Below, one piece after another: positions 18,494 through 27,145 of a stretch of DNA of 64,000 nt; position 1 is the first letter of the stretch, and every line of letters starts with the position of its first letter. The notes beneath the pieces are model-generated. The model was not told the origin of the DNA and did no database searches. It was given only the letters and a program-made list of their open reading frames with translations. The DNA comes from an uncultured Solirubrobacteraceae bacterium (lineage in GTDB: Bacteria; Actinomycetota; Thermoleophilia; Solirubrobacterales; Solirubrobacteraceae). A program made the position numbers and the translations under genes. The stretch spans positions 47,200 to 111,199 of the forward strand of contig CADCVQ010000148.1 of assembly GCA_902806175.1 (NCBI GenBank), in the 5' to 3' direction.

Positions 18494-19708
18494 ATGATGT
18501 CGCGACACGAAGCCCGGCCCGCGCTCGCGGCGCTGGCAGTCCTGACGGCGCTTGCAGCCGGCGGATGCTCAGACGACGGGGACGGCACGACCGCGCGCAG
18601 CGTCGCCGAGCCCGCGCCCGAGCGCACGGCGCAGGCGGCGGCCGCGCCGCCCGTGCGGACGTCGCGCTCGGCGCCGAGCGCTGAGGACCGCGCACCCGCC
18701 GAGCGGCGGTTGGCGCGCTCGAGCGGCGGTCCGCGCGTGAGCACGGTCGCCACCGGACTCCAGATTCCCTGGGACCTCGCGTTCCTGCCCGACGGCAGCG
18801 CGCTCGTGACCGAGCGGCCGGGACGCGTGCGGCTGCTCACCCGCGACCGTCGCCTGCGCCGCGAGCCGTTGGCGCGCATCGCCGTCTCCGCCCAGGGCGA
18901 GGGCGGGCTGCTCGGCGTGGCGATCGACCCGCGCTTTGGCCGCGGCAACGACTTCGTCTACTTCTACTTCACCACGGCCGCGGGAATGAAGGTCGACCGC
19001 TACCGGCTGGAGGGACGGCGCCTGCGCCGTGATGCCACGATCCTCGACGGCATCGAGGCCGGCGCGATCCACGACAGCGGCCGCATCCGCTTCGGGCCCG
19101 ACGACCGGCTGTACGTCGCGACCGGGGACGCCGGCCAACCGAATCTCGCGCAGGACCCGCAGAGCCTCAACGGCAAGTACCTGCGCCTGAGCCCGCGCGC
19201 GTACCGCGGCAACGGCGGCACGCCGCAGGTCTTCTCGCGTGGCCACCGCAACGCGCAGGGCTTCGACTGGCAGCCCCGCTCGGGGCGCCTGTTCTCCACC
19301 GAGCACGGGCCCGACGGCGACGACGAGGTCAACCTCGTCACGCGCGGCGCCAACTACGGCTGGCCCAGAGCGCGCGGACGCGACCACGGGGGCTTCCGCG
19401 CGCCGCTGCTCGTCTACGGCACGAGCATCGCGCCATCGGGCGCGACGTTCGTCACGCAACCGGGCTCGAGCTGGACGGGCGACTTCCTGTTCGCGGCGCT
19501 CCGCGGCGAGCAGCTGCGTCGCGTCCGCTTCGACGGGCGGCGCCCGACGCGCAACAGCGCGCTCTTCGTCGGCCGCTTCGGACGCCTGCGCACGGTTGTC
19601 GAGGCGCCCGACGGATCCCTGCTGGTGCTGACGAACAACCGCGACGGGCGCGGCTCCCCGCGCAGCGGCGACGACCGCATCCTGCGCATCGTGCCGCCGG
19701 CGCGCTGA
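18494..19708 (+). CDS. PQQ-dependent sugar dehydrogenase (soluble glucose/sorbosone dehydrogenase family), lipoprotein
   Basis: Start is MMSRHEARPALAALAVLTALAAGGCS (lipobox). Beta-propeller motifs are GLLGVAIDPRF, HDSGRIRFGPDDRLYV, RNAQGFDW and ANYGWP. Confidence 0.87.
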   Translation: MMSRHEARPALAALAVLTALAAGGCSDDGDGTTARSVAEPAPERTAQAAAAPPVRTSRSAPSAEDRAPAERRLARSSGGPRVSTVATGLQIPWDLAFLPDGSALVTERPGRVRLLTRDRRLRREPLARIAVSAQGEGGLLGVAIDPRFGRGNDFVYFYFTTAAGMKVDRYRLEGRRLRRDATILDGIEAGAIHDSGRIRFGPDDRLYVATGDAGQPNLAQDPQSLNGKYLRLSPRAYRGNGGTPQVFSRGHRNAQGFDWQPRSGRLFSTEHGPDGDDEVNLVTRGANYGWPRARGRDHGGFRAPLLVYGTSIAPSGATFVTQPGSSWTGDFLFAALRGEQLRRVRFDGRRPTRNSALFVGRFGRLRTVVEAPDGSLLVLTNNRDGRGSPRSGDDRILRIVPPAR

Positions 19709-19792
19709 CGTGACCCGCGGGCCGTCCCGCACGAGCACGCGCATGGAAGCTCGCGCGGGCAGCCGATCGTCCAGCCGCAGCCCGCGCGCCTC

Positions 19793-20263
19793 GTGATCTG
19801 CGGGCACGCGACCGACAGGCCAGATATGCCTGTCAGCGCAGCATCGATCGCCGAGAACCGCGCGGCTCGTCTGCCGAGTCTGCTGATCGCCGACGACGAC
19901 GCCGACCTGCGCGAGCTGCTCGCGATCCAGCTCGCCAAGCACTTCGCTGTCGTCGCCGTCGCCGCCAACGCAGACGAAGCGATCGCCCTCGGCGCGCAGC
20001 ACCAGCCCGATGTCGCCCTCGTCGACATGCAGATGCCCGGCGGTGGAGGGATCAGCGCGACGAGAGAGCTGCACCGGCGCAGCCCGGCGACGGCGATCGT
20101 CGCGCTGTCCGGCGACGAGTCGGACGCCATGGTTCGCGAAGTCATCGCCAGCGGTGCGATCACGTACCTGCGCAAGGGCATCCCGCGCGCCGAGCTCGCG
20201 CTGGCCCTGCTGGACGCGATCGGCGCCCACTCCACGTTGCAGCTGCACCGGCAGACGGTCTAG
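19793..20263 (+). CDS. Single-domain response regulator (receiver only)
   Basis: LLIADDDADLRELL...DVALVDMQMPGGGG...YLRKG is a CheY-like receiver with no output domain. The alternative ATG at 19826 lies in the loop of a small hairpin, GACAGGC-cagatat-GCCTGTC. Confidence 0.8.
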   Translation: MICGHATDRPDMPVSAASIAENRAARLPSLLIADDDADLRELLAIQLAKHFAVVAVAANADEAIALGAQHQPDVALVDMQMPGGGGISATRELHRRSPATAIVALSGDESDAMVREVIASGAITYLRKGIPRAELALALLDAIGAHSTLQLHRQTV

Positions 20264-20586
20264 CGGACCCGTCCGCAAGTTCTGCGGGTTGGAGGCGCAT
20301 CGTCCGGGGCACCTGTGGCGCAGCTCCGAGCGTGCTCGCGACGACGGCCGTGCCGACCGCTCCGATTCGCGCGGCGTAGCGGAGTTCATGATGGTTAGCG
20401 GCGAGCCTCACGCACGTGCTGGATCGTGGCCTTCATTACGGCCGATCCGTGGGTAGCAAATATGCCATCCATGCCTGCCACGAAAGAAGTGAAATGCTCA
20501 GAAGCCAGCCCAGCGGCCGTACGCTCGCTGTCCCGACGCCCGCGCTCGCCGGAGCTCTGCCCGACGCGCGAGAAGGAACATTGCGC

Positions 20587-21870
20587 ATGGCGATCAGACC
20601 CGCGAGGAAGATCGGGTTGGCGATCGTCGTCGCGACCTCGGCGATCCTGACGGCGCCGGCCGGCATCGCCTCGGCGCAGGGACAGGGCGGCGTCAGCCAG
20701 AACGCGCCGGTCGGCTTGACCCTCGACCGATCCAACCAGACCATCAGGAGCGCACGCCGCGTCGACCTCACGCGCGATTTCGCGACGCTGCCGCTGCACA
20801 GGGGCACCGCTCGCGGGGAAACCGTCTGGTTTGTGATCACCGACACCTCCGACGCGCGCATCGCCCGGCAACTGGGCATCAACCACTCGCCCAAGCTTCG
20901 TAACGTCCGCAGGGGCTGCCCGCATTGCGCGCAGGTCGTCCGCTCGAGCAGCCGGATCCTGGGTATGGCGCCCGCCCACTTCGAGGGCGCTCCGGACTTC
21001 AGCCCCAACCGGTCCCTCGTGCCGGGCCGCACGCCGTTTCCGCCCCGGTCGTTCAGCGACGGGGCCAGGGCCCGTACGGGCTACAGCCCGTACGTCACGG
21101 TCAGCGGCAGCCGCAGCGTCGTGTACAACGCGCCCATCGTGGCCACCGGCGACGGGCCATTCGACGTCACGACGCACACCAACACGCACGATCGGACGCT
21201 CGGCATCGACACCAGGCGGATGACCACCGACCATCTGTTCATCCGCGGGTTCTCCAACGGCCACCCGATCCTCTACCTGAGCTTCGACTCCTCCGACGCG
21301 TTCACGGCAGCCCTGGAGCGCAGCACCTTCGTCCCGGCGCTGGCCGATCTGGCCTTCGCGAACGGCGGCGGACACGCCCGATCGGCGCGCGCATCGATCT
21401 TCACCTTCGTCAACGCGAAGCGTGGACTGGAGCGCTCCGCGCCGCCCGCGGGCGCGTCCGACGGGCCGGGGCGCGCACAGGGCCTGACGCACGCGCTCGC
21501 CGACGGCTTGACCAATCGCGATGCCGCCGTGGCGAACCCCGAGGTGCTGGAGGGCTTCCGGCTGGGCGCGGACGTCAGCAACATCTTCGACGTGTTCCCG
21601 ACCAACCGCCGGGCGCGGGACCGCCGCGAGTACAGCCCGGCGTGGGACCTGCAGGTCGGTGTCTACAGCGCCGCGGCGGTGGCCAGGGGCCTGAACGGCC
21701 TCAAGCAGGACGCCAACGTCGTCCGGCGGATGGCCGCCAGAGGGCTCGTCACCTCGCCCGGAGGCGTCCCGCTCGGGTCGTCGAACATCGTCATCAACTG
21801 TCCCGCGCTCGCCTTCCTGGACGCGCGGCCGCGCGGCCCGCGGATTCCCGTCGCCGGCGTGCGGCCGTGA
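20587..21870 (+). CDS. Secreted protein of unknown function (427 aa)
   Basis: ATG at 20587 is preceded by GAAGGAA. Signal peptide is MAIRPARKIGLAIVVATSAILTAPAGIASAQ. Coding-like composition throughout. The upstream part of the track ORF was rejected. Confidence 0.7.
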   Translation: MAIRPARKIGLAIVVATSAILTAPAGIASAQGQGGVSQNAPVGLTLDRSNQTIRSARRVDLTRDFATLPLHRGTARGETVWFVITDTSDARIARQLGINHSPKLRNVRRGCPHCAQVVRSSSRILGMAPAHFEGAPDFSPNRSLVPGRTPFPPRSFSDGARARTGYSPYVTVSGSRSVVYNAPIVATGDGPFDVTTHTNTHDRTLGIDTRRMTTDHLFIRGFSNGHPILYLSFDSSDAFTAALERSTFVPALADLAFANGGGHARSARASIFTFVNAKRGLERSAPPAGASDGPGRAQGLTHALADGLTNRDAAVANPEVLEGFRLGADVSNIFDVFPTNRRARDRREYSPAWDLQVGVYSAAAVARGLNGLKQDANVVRRMAARGLVTSPGGVPLGSSNIVINCPALAFLDARPRGPRIPVAGVRP

Positions 21871-21880
21871 CACGTGCCCC

Positions 21881-21903
21881 GCTCCCGGCCGGCGGCCGGG
21901 AGC
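21881..21903 (+). terminator. Stem-loop after the 20587-21870 gene
   Basis: GCTCCCGGCC-ggc-GGCCGGGAGC, a 10-bp perfect stem lying 10 nt after the stop. Confidence 0.5.
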
Positions 21904-22059
21904 TGGGCTGATTCTTCAGAACAGTTCCTCGAGGCGGCGCCGCGAGGGCCGCGCAGACGGTCGCGGGCGTTCAGCCCTGAGTGGTGGGTCACGGCCCGCA
22001 GCGCCGGGAGGCGCGACCGCGCGGGGGTGGGTTGTTTGGGCGACCCGCCCCCCGAAGGA

Positions 22060-22311
22060 TCATCCCCACGCCACGTAGAAACCGACGAGCGCCGCGACCG
22101 CGGCCACGACGAGACCCGTGCAGATCCCGGCGAGGAAGATCTCGAGTCGCACCATGAGCGGGACTTCGACGATCTCCGCCAACCAGCGCGGGATCGGGAT
22201 GTCGACGCCGCCGCGGCTCCAGAAGTAGTCGTAGTCGCCTTCGTCGGCCGCGACGCGGCGCGCGGGTGCATAGGGGTCCGGAGGCGAGATCGCAGGCATG
22301 GACATGGACAT
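22060..22311 (-). CDS. Small membrane protein, hypothetical (83 aa)
   Basis: MSMSMPAISPP... with a C-terminal helix, LEIFLAGICTGLVVAAVAALVGFYVAW. GAGAGGG lies immediately upstream of the ATG cluster. Confidence 0.4.
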   Translation of the reverse strand: MSMSMPAISPPDPYAPARRVAADEGDYDYFWSRGGVDIPIPRWLAEIVEVPLMVRLEIFLAGICTGLVVAAVAALVGFYVAWG

Positions 22312-22446
22312 CCCTCTCGAGCGGTGAACGGTGGCTGTCCGGTGATACCAGCAGCGAGCTGCCGGGAACATGACGATGTGTTACGTTCGGTCGTGAGCTC
22401 CAGACCGCGACGCGCTGCCCGCGGACGGCGCGCGGCGACCGGCCCC

Positions 22447-23286
22447 TCAGCGTGGGGGGAGCCGGACGTGCAGGTGGTCGTCGTGACGGGCGGCGCTCTG
22501 CACGATGCCCGGTGGTCCGACGAGCGGGGTGTTCGGCCCGACGAAGACCATCTGCGCCCCGGCGCGGACGAAGCGGTCGACGAGCTCCTGCGAACGCGCC
22601 AGGTCGACGTCGCCGACGGCTCGCGGTGCCCGCTCGGCACGGTCGCGGCGAGGGTAGAAGATGTCGACGTCGAGACCGTTCTGGTGGGAGACGTGCGGAA
22701 GGCGCGGGCTGTAGCGCGCGCCGAAGTCGCCGCCGCGCGGACGGCTGAGGTCGCCCACCGTCATCCGCGGCCCGTCGGGATGGGCCCGCGCGAAGTCCTC
22801 TGCCACCCGCAGGATCATGCGGATCAGGCGCGCCGTGCCGTAGCGACGCCAACGGGGACTTGCGCGGCGAAGCCGATCCGGGTCCCACGTGAAGAAGTGC
22901 CGTCCCTCCGATGGCAGCTTCACGCCGCCGACGAGCGCGCCGGCATTCGGCGTTCCGATCGCCTGAGATGCGCGCCACACGACCCGCTCGTACGACGCCC
23001 GCCGCGAGCCGTGGGCCGGTCGCGCGGCTGCCCTTGCACGCGCGGGCGGGGGCGGGGGCCGCCATGTCCAGGCCTTCTCGGGCGCGGCTGCCGGCTGCGA
23101 AGCGGGCGGCTGCGCAGCCCCCGAACCCGCCAGCGGGACGGCGGCCAGCGCCGCGAGAGCCGCGAGAGCAACGATCCTGGCAAGCGCCACGACGGCGTCC
23201 GAGCGCGGCGCGCGGCGGCCGCGCGCCCGTGCGGTCACCGCGGATTTGGTGGCGCCGACCCGGCCGCGAGGAGCTCGCCGTGACAA
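22447..23286 (-). CDS. Penicillin-insensitive murein endopeptidase (MepA-like, peptidase M74/LAS)
   Basis: VGDLSRPRGGDFG...HVSHQNGLDVDIFYP and HDDHLHVRL parallel E. coli MepA (GDMGMPAGGRF..HASHQTGLDVDIF and HMHVRL). There is an N-terminal hydrophobic anchor. Confidence 0.78.
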   Translation of the reverse strand: MSRRAPRGRVGATKSAVTARARGRRAPRSDAVVALARIVALAALAALAAVPLAGSGAAQPPASQPAAAPEKAWTWRPPPPPARARAAARPAHGSRRASYERVVWRASQAIGTPNAGALVGGVKLPSEGRHFFTWDPDRLRRASPRWRRYGTARLIRMILRVAEDFARAHPDGPRMTVGDLSRPRGGDFGARYSPRLPHVSHQNGLDVDIFYPRRDRAERAPRAVGDVDLARSQELVDRFVRAGAQMVFVGPNTPLVGPPGIVQSAARHDDHLHVRLPPR

Positions 23287-23367
23287 GGCCCGAGCCTAGC
23301 GCCTCTCCTCGTGGCGTCACCCCATTTTGGGTGTCCGCTCGACTGCCGGCATCTGCACGTGACCGGC

Positions 23368-24669
23368 CTACCCGAGGCGCGCGATCGCCGCCACCATCCG
23401 GTCCTCGAAGCGCTTGGCCCTGGCCGGCTCCACGCGGTTGAACAGCAACGAGAAGACGATCGTGTCCCCCGAGGCCGCGCGGCAATAGCCCGACAGGGCG
23501 CTGACGTCGACACGGGTCCCGGTCTTGGCGCGACAACGTCCCTGTGCCCGACCACCGCGCATCCGTCTGCGCAGCGTCCCGTCGCGGCCGGCGATCGGCA
23601 GTGCCGCGTGAAAGGCATCGAACTCGGGCAGCGTGCGCATCGCAAGCAGCAGCTTGCCGACCGAACGCGGGGATGCGCGACTGTCGAGCGAGAGTCCCGC
23701 CCCGTCTGCGAGGTCGGGCGAGCTCCCCAGCCGCCGAGCGAATGTCGACACCTCCCGCAGAGCGCGTCGTGTGCTTCCCACCCGCCCGCGCTTGCGGGCG
23801 ATCGCCTTGGCCAGCATCTCCGCATGGAAGTTGGTCGAGCTCTTGAGGATCCTGCGCACGAGCTCCGATACGCGCGGCGAGCGGACGGCGGCGAGCACGA
23901 CGCGGCCCGTCGGAGCGTCTCCCGCCGCCGGGGCTCCGTCGACGCGCACGCCCTCGTCCTCCAGCGCATCGTCCAGGCGAGCGGCGGCGTGGACGGCTGG
24001 GTCAAGGGATACGACGCCGCGCATCCCGAGCGCAGACAGGGAGCCGATCTCGCTGGATGTGCCGTAGTCGGTGGCGGCCGTGCCCCGTCGCGAGTCGAAC
24101 GCGCGCCCGTCGCCGACGATCCGGCCGGTCACGCGCTTGATGCCGCGGCCGTCCGCGAGTTCACGGGCGAGGCGCGCGAGCGCGGCGCCGTCGAGCGTCG
24201 GATCGCCGCCGCCGCGAAGATGCAGGTCGCCGTGAAGCGTCGCGTCGCGCAGCCGCGACGGCCTGCCCACGACGGTCGTCGCGAGCTTCGCCTGCGGGCC
24301 CAGGCGTCGCAGTGCCACTGCCGCCGTGAAGAGCTTGGCGTTCGAGCCCAGACTGCGGCGGACGCGCTCGTGCCGGCCGAAGAGCTCCCGGCGTCGGGTC
24401 GCGTTGACCACCCACGCGCCGGAGGCTCCACCCGCCTCGCGCAGGCTTCGTCGCAGCACCCGCCGCAGGCGGCGATCGTTGTCTGGGCCTGCGGAGGAGA
24501 TGCCCGCTGTATCCGCGCCGGGGGCCGGGCCGCTCCCGGCCGCCCTTGCCTCGGCGAGGCTCTGCTTGCGGGCATCGCGCGGCACCAGCGCTATGGCGGC
24601 CGCGAGGATGACTGTCGCGATGACGACGGCGGCGGCCAGCGCGGGGGCGCCTGCACGACGAACCGACAT
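23368..24669 (-). CDS. dacB: D-alanyl-D-alanine carboxypeptidase/endopeptidase (PBP4 family, S13)
   Basis: Start at MSVRRAGAPAL (ATG at 24669) with AAGGAGAGG upstream. Has an SNAK active-site-like motif (LGSNAKLFT) and a C-terminal KTGT. Confidence 0.87.
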   Translation of the reverse strand: MSVRRAGAPALAAAVVIATVILAAAIALVPRDARKQSLAEARAAGSGPAPGADTAGISSAGPDNDRRLRRVLRRSLREAGGASGAWVVNATRRRELFGRHERVRRSLGSNAKLFTAAVALRRLGPQAKLATTVVGRPSRLRDATLHGDLHLRGGGDPTLDGAALARLARELADGRGIKRVTGRIVGDGRAFDSRRGTAATDYGTSSEIGSLSALGMRGVVSLDPAVHAAARLDDALEDEGVRVDGAPAAGDAPTGRVVLAAVRSPRVSELVRRILKSSTNFHAEMLAKAIARKRGRVGSTRRALREVSTFARRLGSSPDLADGAGLSLDSRASPRSVGKLLLAMRTLPEFDAFHAALPIAGRDGTLRRRMRGGRAQGRCRAKTGTRVDVSALSGYCRAASGDTIVFSLLFNRVEPARAKRFEDRMVAAIARLG

Positions 24670-24712
24670 GGTCCTCTCCTTCCATCTGAGCAGGCCGCCA
24701 CACATGAGCGTT

Positions 24713-24726
24713 CGTGACGTGTCACG
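24713..24726. promoter_or_regulatory. Perfect palindrome CGTGAC-GT-GTCACG upstream of dacB, in the dacB/lysR divergent region
   Basis: Read directly from the sequence. It lies 44 nt upstream of the dacB ATG, within a 478-bp divergent intergenic region. Candidate operator; its function is unproven. Confidence 0.3.
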
Positions 24727-25147
24727 ACAGCAGCGCTCACGTTGCTGACGTACCGGCACGCGACTCTGCGCGGACCGGCGATCCTCCTCGCGAGGACGCC
24801 TGGGCGCGAGATCTTTCGTGACGGTGAACGTCGTCGGTGCGCGGCCCGGCGGCCGCAGGCAGCCTGTACCTTGAGGGCCGAGGACCGTGACGGAGTCGGC
24901 GCATCGCGCCGGCGCACGACGCGAGTTTCGAGTTCCCCGACCCAAGGTCCAACGTGCCCGATTCGCACATCGAGCCGGCTGCAGATCGATGCGCCGCAGC
25001 TGCGCCGGCGCTCACCCCCTCCCCCGGCGACGTGCGGCTCCACCGCGCGGCCTGCGTACCCCTCCGGCCTCGGCGACCGGCAACCGCTGCGCCGAGCGGT
25101 CTCGCGCCGAGCCCGCGCGACGCCCGTCAGCTCACGATCGGCGACTG

Positions 25148-26206
25148 ATGCGGCCCAGCGACCCGGACTCCGCCAGCCCGATCAGCCGGATCCCGCCCAC
25201 GGCGCTGCTGGATCTGCGCCGGCTCGCCGTGCTGCGCGAGGTGGCCCGGCGCGGCAGCTTCGCGGCAGCAGCGGAAGCCATGTGCTACACGCCCTCTGCG
25301 GTCTCTCAGCAGATGGCATCGCTGGCGCGCGAGATGCAGGTCGTGCTGTTCGAGCGCACCCCGCGCGGCATGCGCCTGACCGAACCGGCTCGATCGCTCG
25401 TCACGCATTGCGAGGCGGTGTTCGCGCGGCTGTCAGACGCGCAGTGTGAGATCGACGCCATCGCGGGCGGCGTGCGCGGCCGCCTGAGACTCGGGTCCTT
25501 CCCGACCGCAACGGTGTGCTTCACCGCCACGGCGGTGGACACCTACCGGCGCCGACATCCCGGCGTGGAGATCCACTTCGCCGACGGCGAGCCGTACGAG
25601 AGCGTCGCGCGCCTGAAGGAGCGCGAGCTCGACCTCGCCGTCCTGTTTGACTTCGAGCACTGGACCGCGGCCACCGACTACGACGGGCGTGCGGTGTGCG
25701 ACGACTGCGAGATCGACTGCCTCGAGCTGTTCGACGACCCGTTCAACGTCGTCCTGCCGCGCGATCATCGACTTGCCGAAGCGGAGCTCGTCGACTTGCG
25801 AGATCTGGCCGGCGAGCGGGTGATCGGCAGCCCCTCGGTCTGCTCGCCGTGGGGTCCGGACTACCGTCATCTGTGCCGGGAGGCCGGCTTCGAGCCCGAT
25901 TTCGAGCCGCGCTACCGCTCCGCCGATTTCGCCGCCCTGCAGGCGATCGTCGCCACGGGCCGGGGGATCACCCTGGTGCCCGAACTGGCCCTCCCCCTGC
26001 CGAACGCAGGCACCGTGGTGCGCCCGCTCAGCGGCGGGCCGGTGCGACGCGTGCGAATCGCCATGCTCGCCGGCGTCACGCCGTCGCTGGCCTGCGACGC
26101 CATGGTCGCGGTCTTGAAGCAGGCCACGGCGCCTCTGTTCGAGGTTCATCACTCTGGCGACGGCGCTGCTCACGGCCCGCGGGCGCGGTTGCGAGCCGAC
26201 GGCTGA
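25148..26206 (+). CDS. LysR family transcriptional regulator
   Basis: Start at MRPSDPD (ATG at 25148). Helix-turn-helix region is LDLRRLAVLREVARRGSFAAAAEAMCYTPSAVSQQMASLE-like, followed by a LysR substrate-binding domain. Confidence 0.9.
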   Translation: MRPSDPDSASPISRIPPTALLDLRRLAVLREVARRGSFAAAAEAMCYTPSAVSQQMASLAREMQVVLFERTPRGMRLTEPARSLVTHCEAVFARLSDAQCEIDAIAGGVRGRLRLGSFPTATVCFTATAVDTYRRRHPGVEIHFADGEPYESVARLKERELDLAVLFDFEHWTAATDYDGRAVCDDCEIDCLELFDDPFNVVLPRDHRLAEAELVDLRDLAGERVIGSPSVCSPWGPDYRHLCREAGFEPDFEPRYRSADFAALQAIVATGRGITLVPELALPLPNAGTVVRPLSGGPVRRVRIAMLAGVTPSLACDAMVAVLKQATAPLFEVHHSGDGAAHGPRARLRADG

Positions 26207-26263
26207 CCGGCGGTCGACGGATCTCGGGTGCTGCTCGGCGCTGGTCGCGCGCAGCCGCGTCAG

Positions 26264-26292
26264 CGCCGCCTTCAGCGGCGCTGAAGGCGGCG
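26264..26292. terminator. Stem-loop between convergent lysR and the second mepA-like gene
   Basis: CGCCGCCTTCAGC-ggc-GCTGAAGGCGGCG, a 13-bp stem. A second copy of CCTTCAGCGGCGC allows an alternative pairing that reaches the stop codon at 26296. Confidence 0.4.
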
Positions 26293-26295
26293 CCT

Positions 26296-27060
26296 TCAGC
26301 GGCGCCAGTTGGCGATCCGCACGTGCACATGGTCGTCGTGGTGTGCGATCGCCTGCACGATCCCGGGCGGGCCGGCGAGGCCGACGCGCAGCCCGACGAA
26401 CGCGTGCTGGGCGCCCGCCCCGACGAAGCGGCTGACGAGGTCCTGCGCGAGCGCGCGGTCGACCTGCGCGACGGCGCGCGGCGGCTGCAGCGTGCGATCC
26501 AGGCGCGGGTAGTAGACGTCGACGTCCAAACCGTTCTGATGTGAGACGTGGCCCAGGCCGCCGAAGTCGCTGCCGAACGGCCCGCCGAAGGGGCGGCTGA
26601 GATCGCCGATCACGACCGGCGGCGCGCCGGCGTTGGCCAGCCGGTAGTCGCGCAGGACGTAGAGCAGATAGGCGAGCAGGCGATCGGTGCCCCAGCGGCG
26701 GTCGTCGCGGTTGGGGATGCGGTGCAGGATCGGGTCGTAGGTCACCCAGTCAGGTCCCGTTCCCGGCAGCTGCAGGCCGTTGATCAGGCGGCCGTTGTTC
26801 GTCGCGCCGGCGGCGACCGAGCCGATCTGCGGGACCGACATCGCGGGCGGAAGCCGGTGTGCGCCCGGCGACGTGAGCGTCGCGCGCACGCTCGTCGCGC
26901 GGCGCGGCTGCTTGCTCACGAGCGTGCCCGGGTTCAGGCGCAGGACACGGACCTGCGCGACGGGCTGCTCGTCGTCGCCGCAGCCGCCGAGCGCGGCGGC
27001 GATCGCCGTCGCGAGCACCGCGACGATCGGCATCCGGGGGACGTGTGACGGGACGAGCAT
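26296..27060 (-). CDS. Penicillin-insensitive murein endopeptidase (MepA-like), paralogue of 22447-23286
   Basis: IGDLSRPFGGPFG...HVSHQNGLDVDVYYP and HHDDHVHVRI are present. Has a lipoprotein-like N-terminus (ALGGCG). Confidence 0.8.
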   Translation of the reverse strand: MLVPSHVPRMPIVAVLATAIAAALGGCGDDEQPVAQVRVLRLNPGTLVSKQPRRATSVRATLTSPGAHRLPPAMSVPQIGSVAAGATNNGRLINGLQLPGTGPDWVTYDPILHRIPNRDDRRWGTDRLLAYLLYVLRDYRLANAGAPPVVIGDLSRPFGGPFGSDFGGLGHVSHQNGLDVDVYYPRLDRTLQPPRAVAQVDRALAQDLVSRFVGAGAQHAFVGLRVGLAGPPGIVQAIAHHDDHVHVRIANWRR

Positions 27061-27145
27061 CGTTCGGGGGCGCCGCGAGCGCCATCCGACAGTGTGCCGA
27101 TCGGTGTCCGCGCCCCTGCCGGTCGCGCGGCTGGTGACGGGCCAG

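Noticed and set aside
14996-20389. Long ORFs 14996-17578 (+) and 18569-20389 (-)
   Set aside because: They are antisense to the well-supported poxB-like and PQQ-dehydrogenase genes and have shadow-frame composition.
20395-20545. Locally AT-richer stretch whose minus-strand translation ends ...EHFTSFVAGMDGIFATHGSAVMKATIQHVREARR, possibly a gene remnant
   Set aside because: It is too short, has no recognisable family and no credible start or ribosome-binding site. It cannot be supported without a database search.
26267-26305. Duplicated CCTTCAGCGGCGC segment as a mobile-element end or target-site duplication
   Set aside because: No transposase or inverted-repeat partner is present. The repeat forms alternative terminator hairpins between convergent genes.
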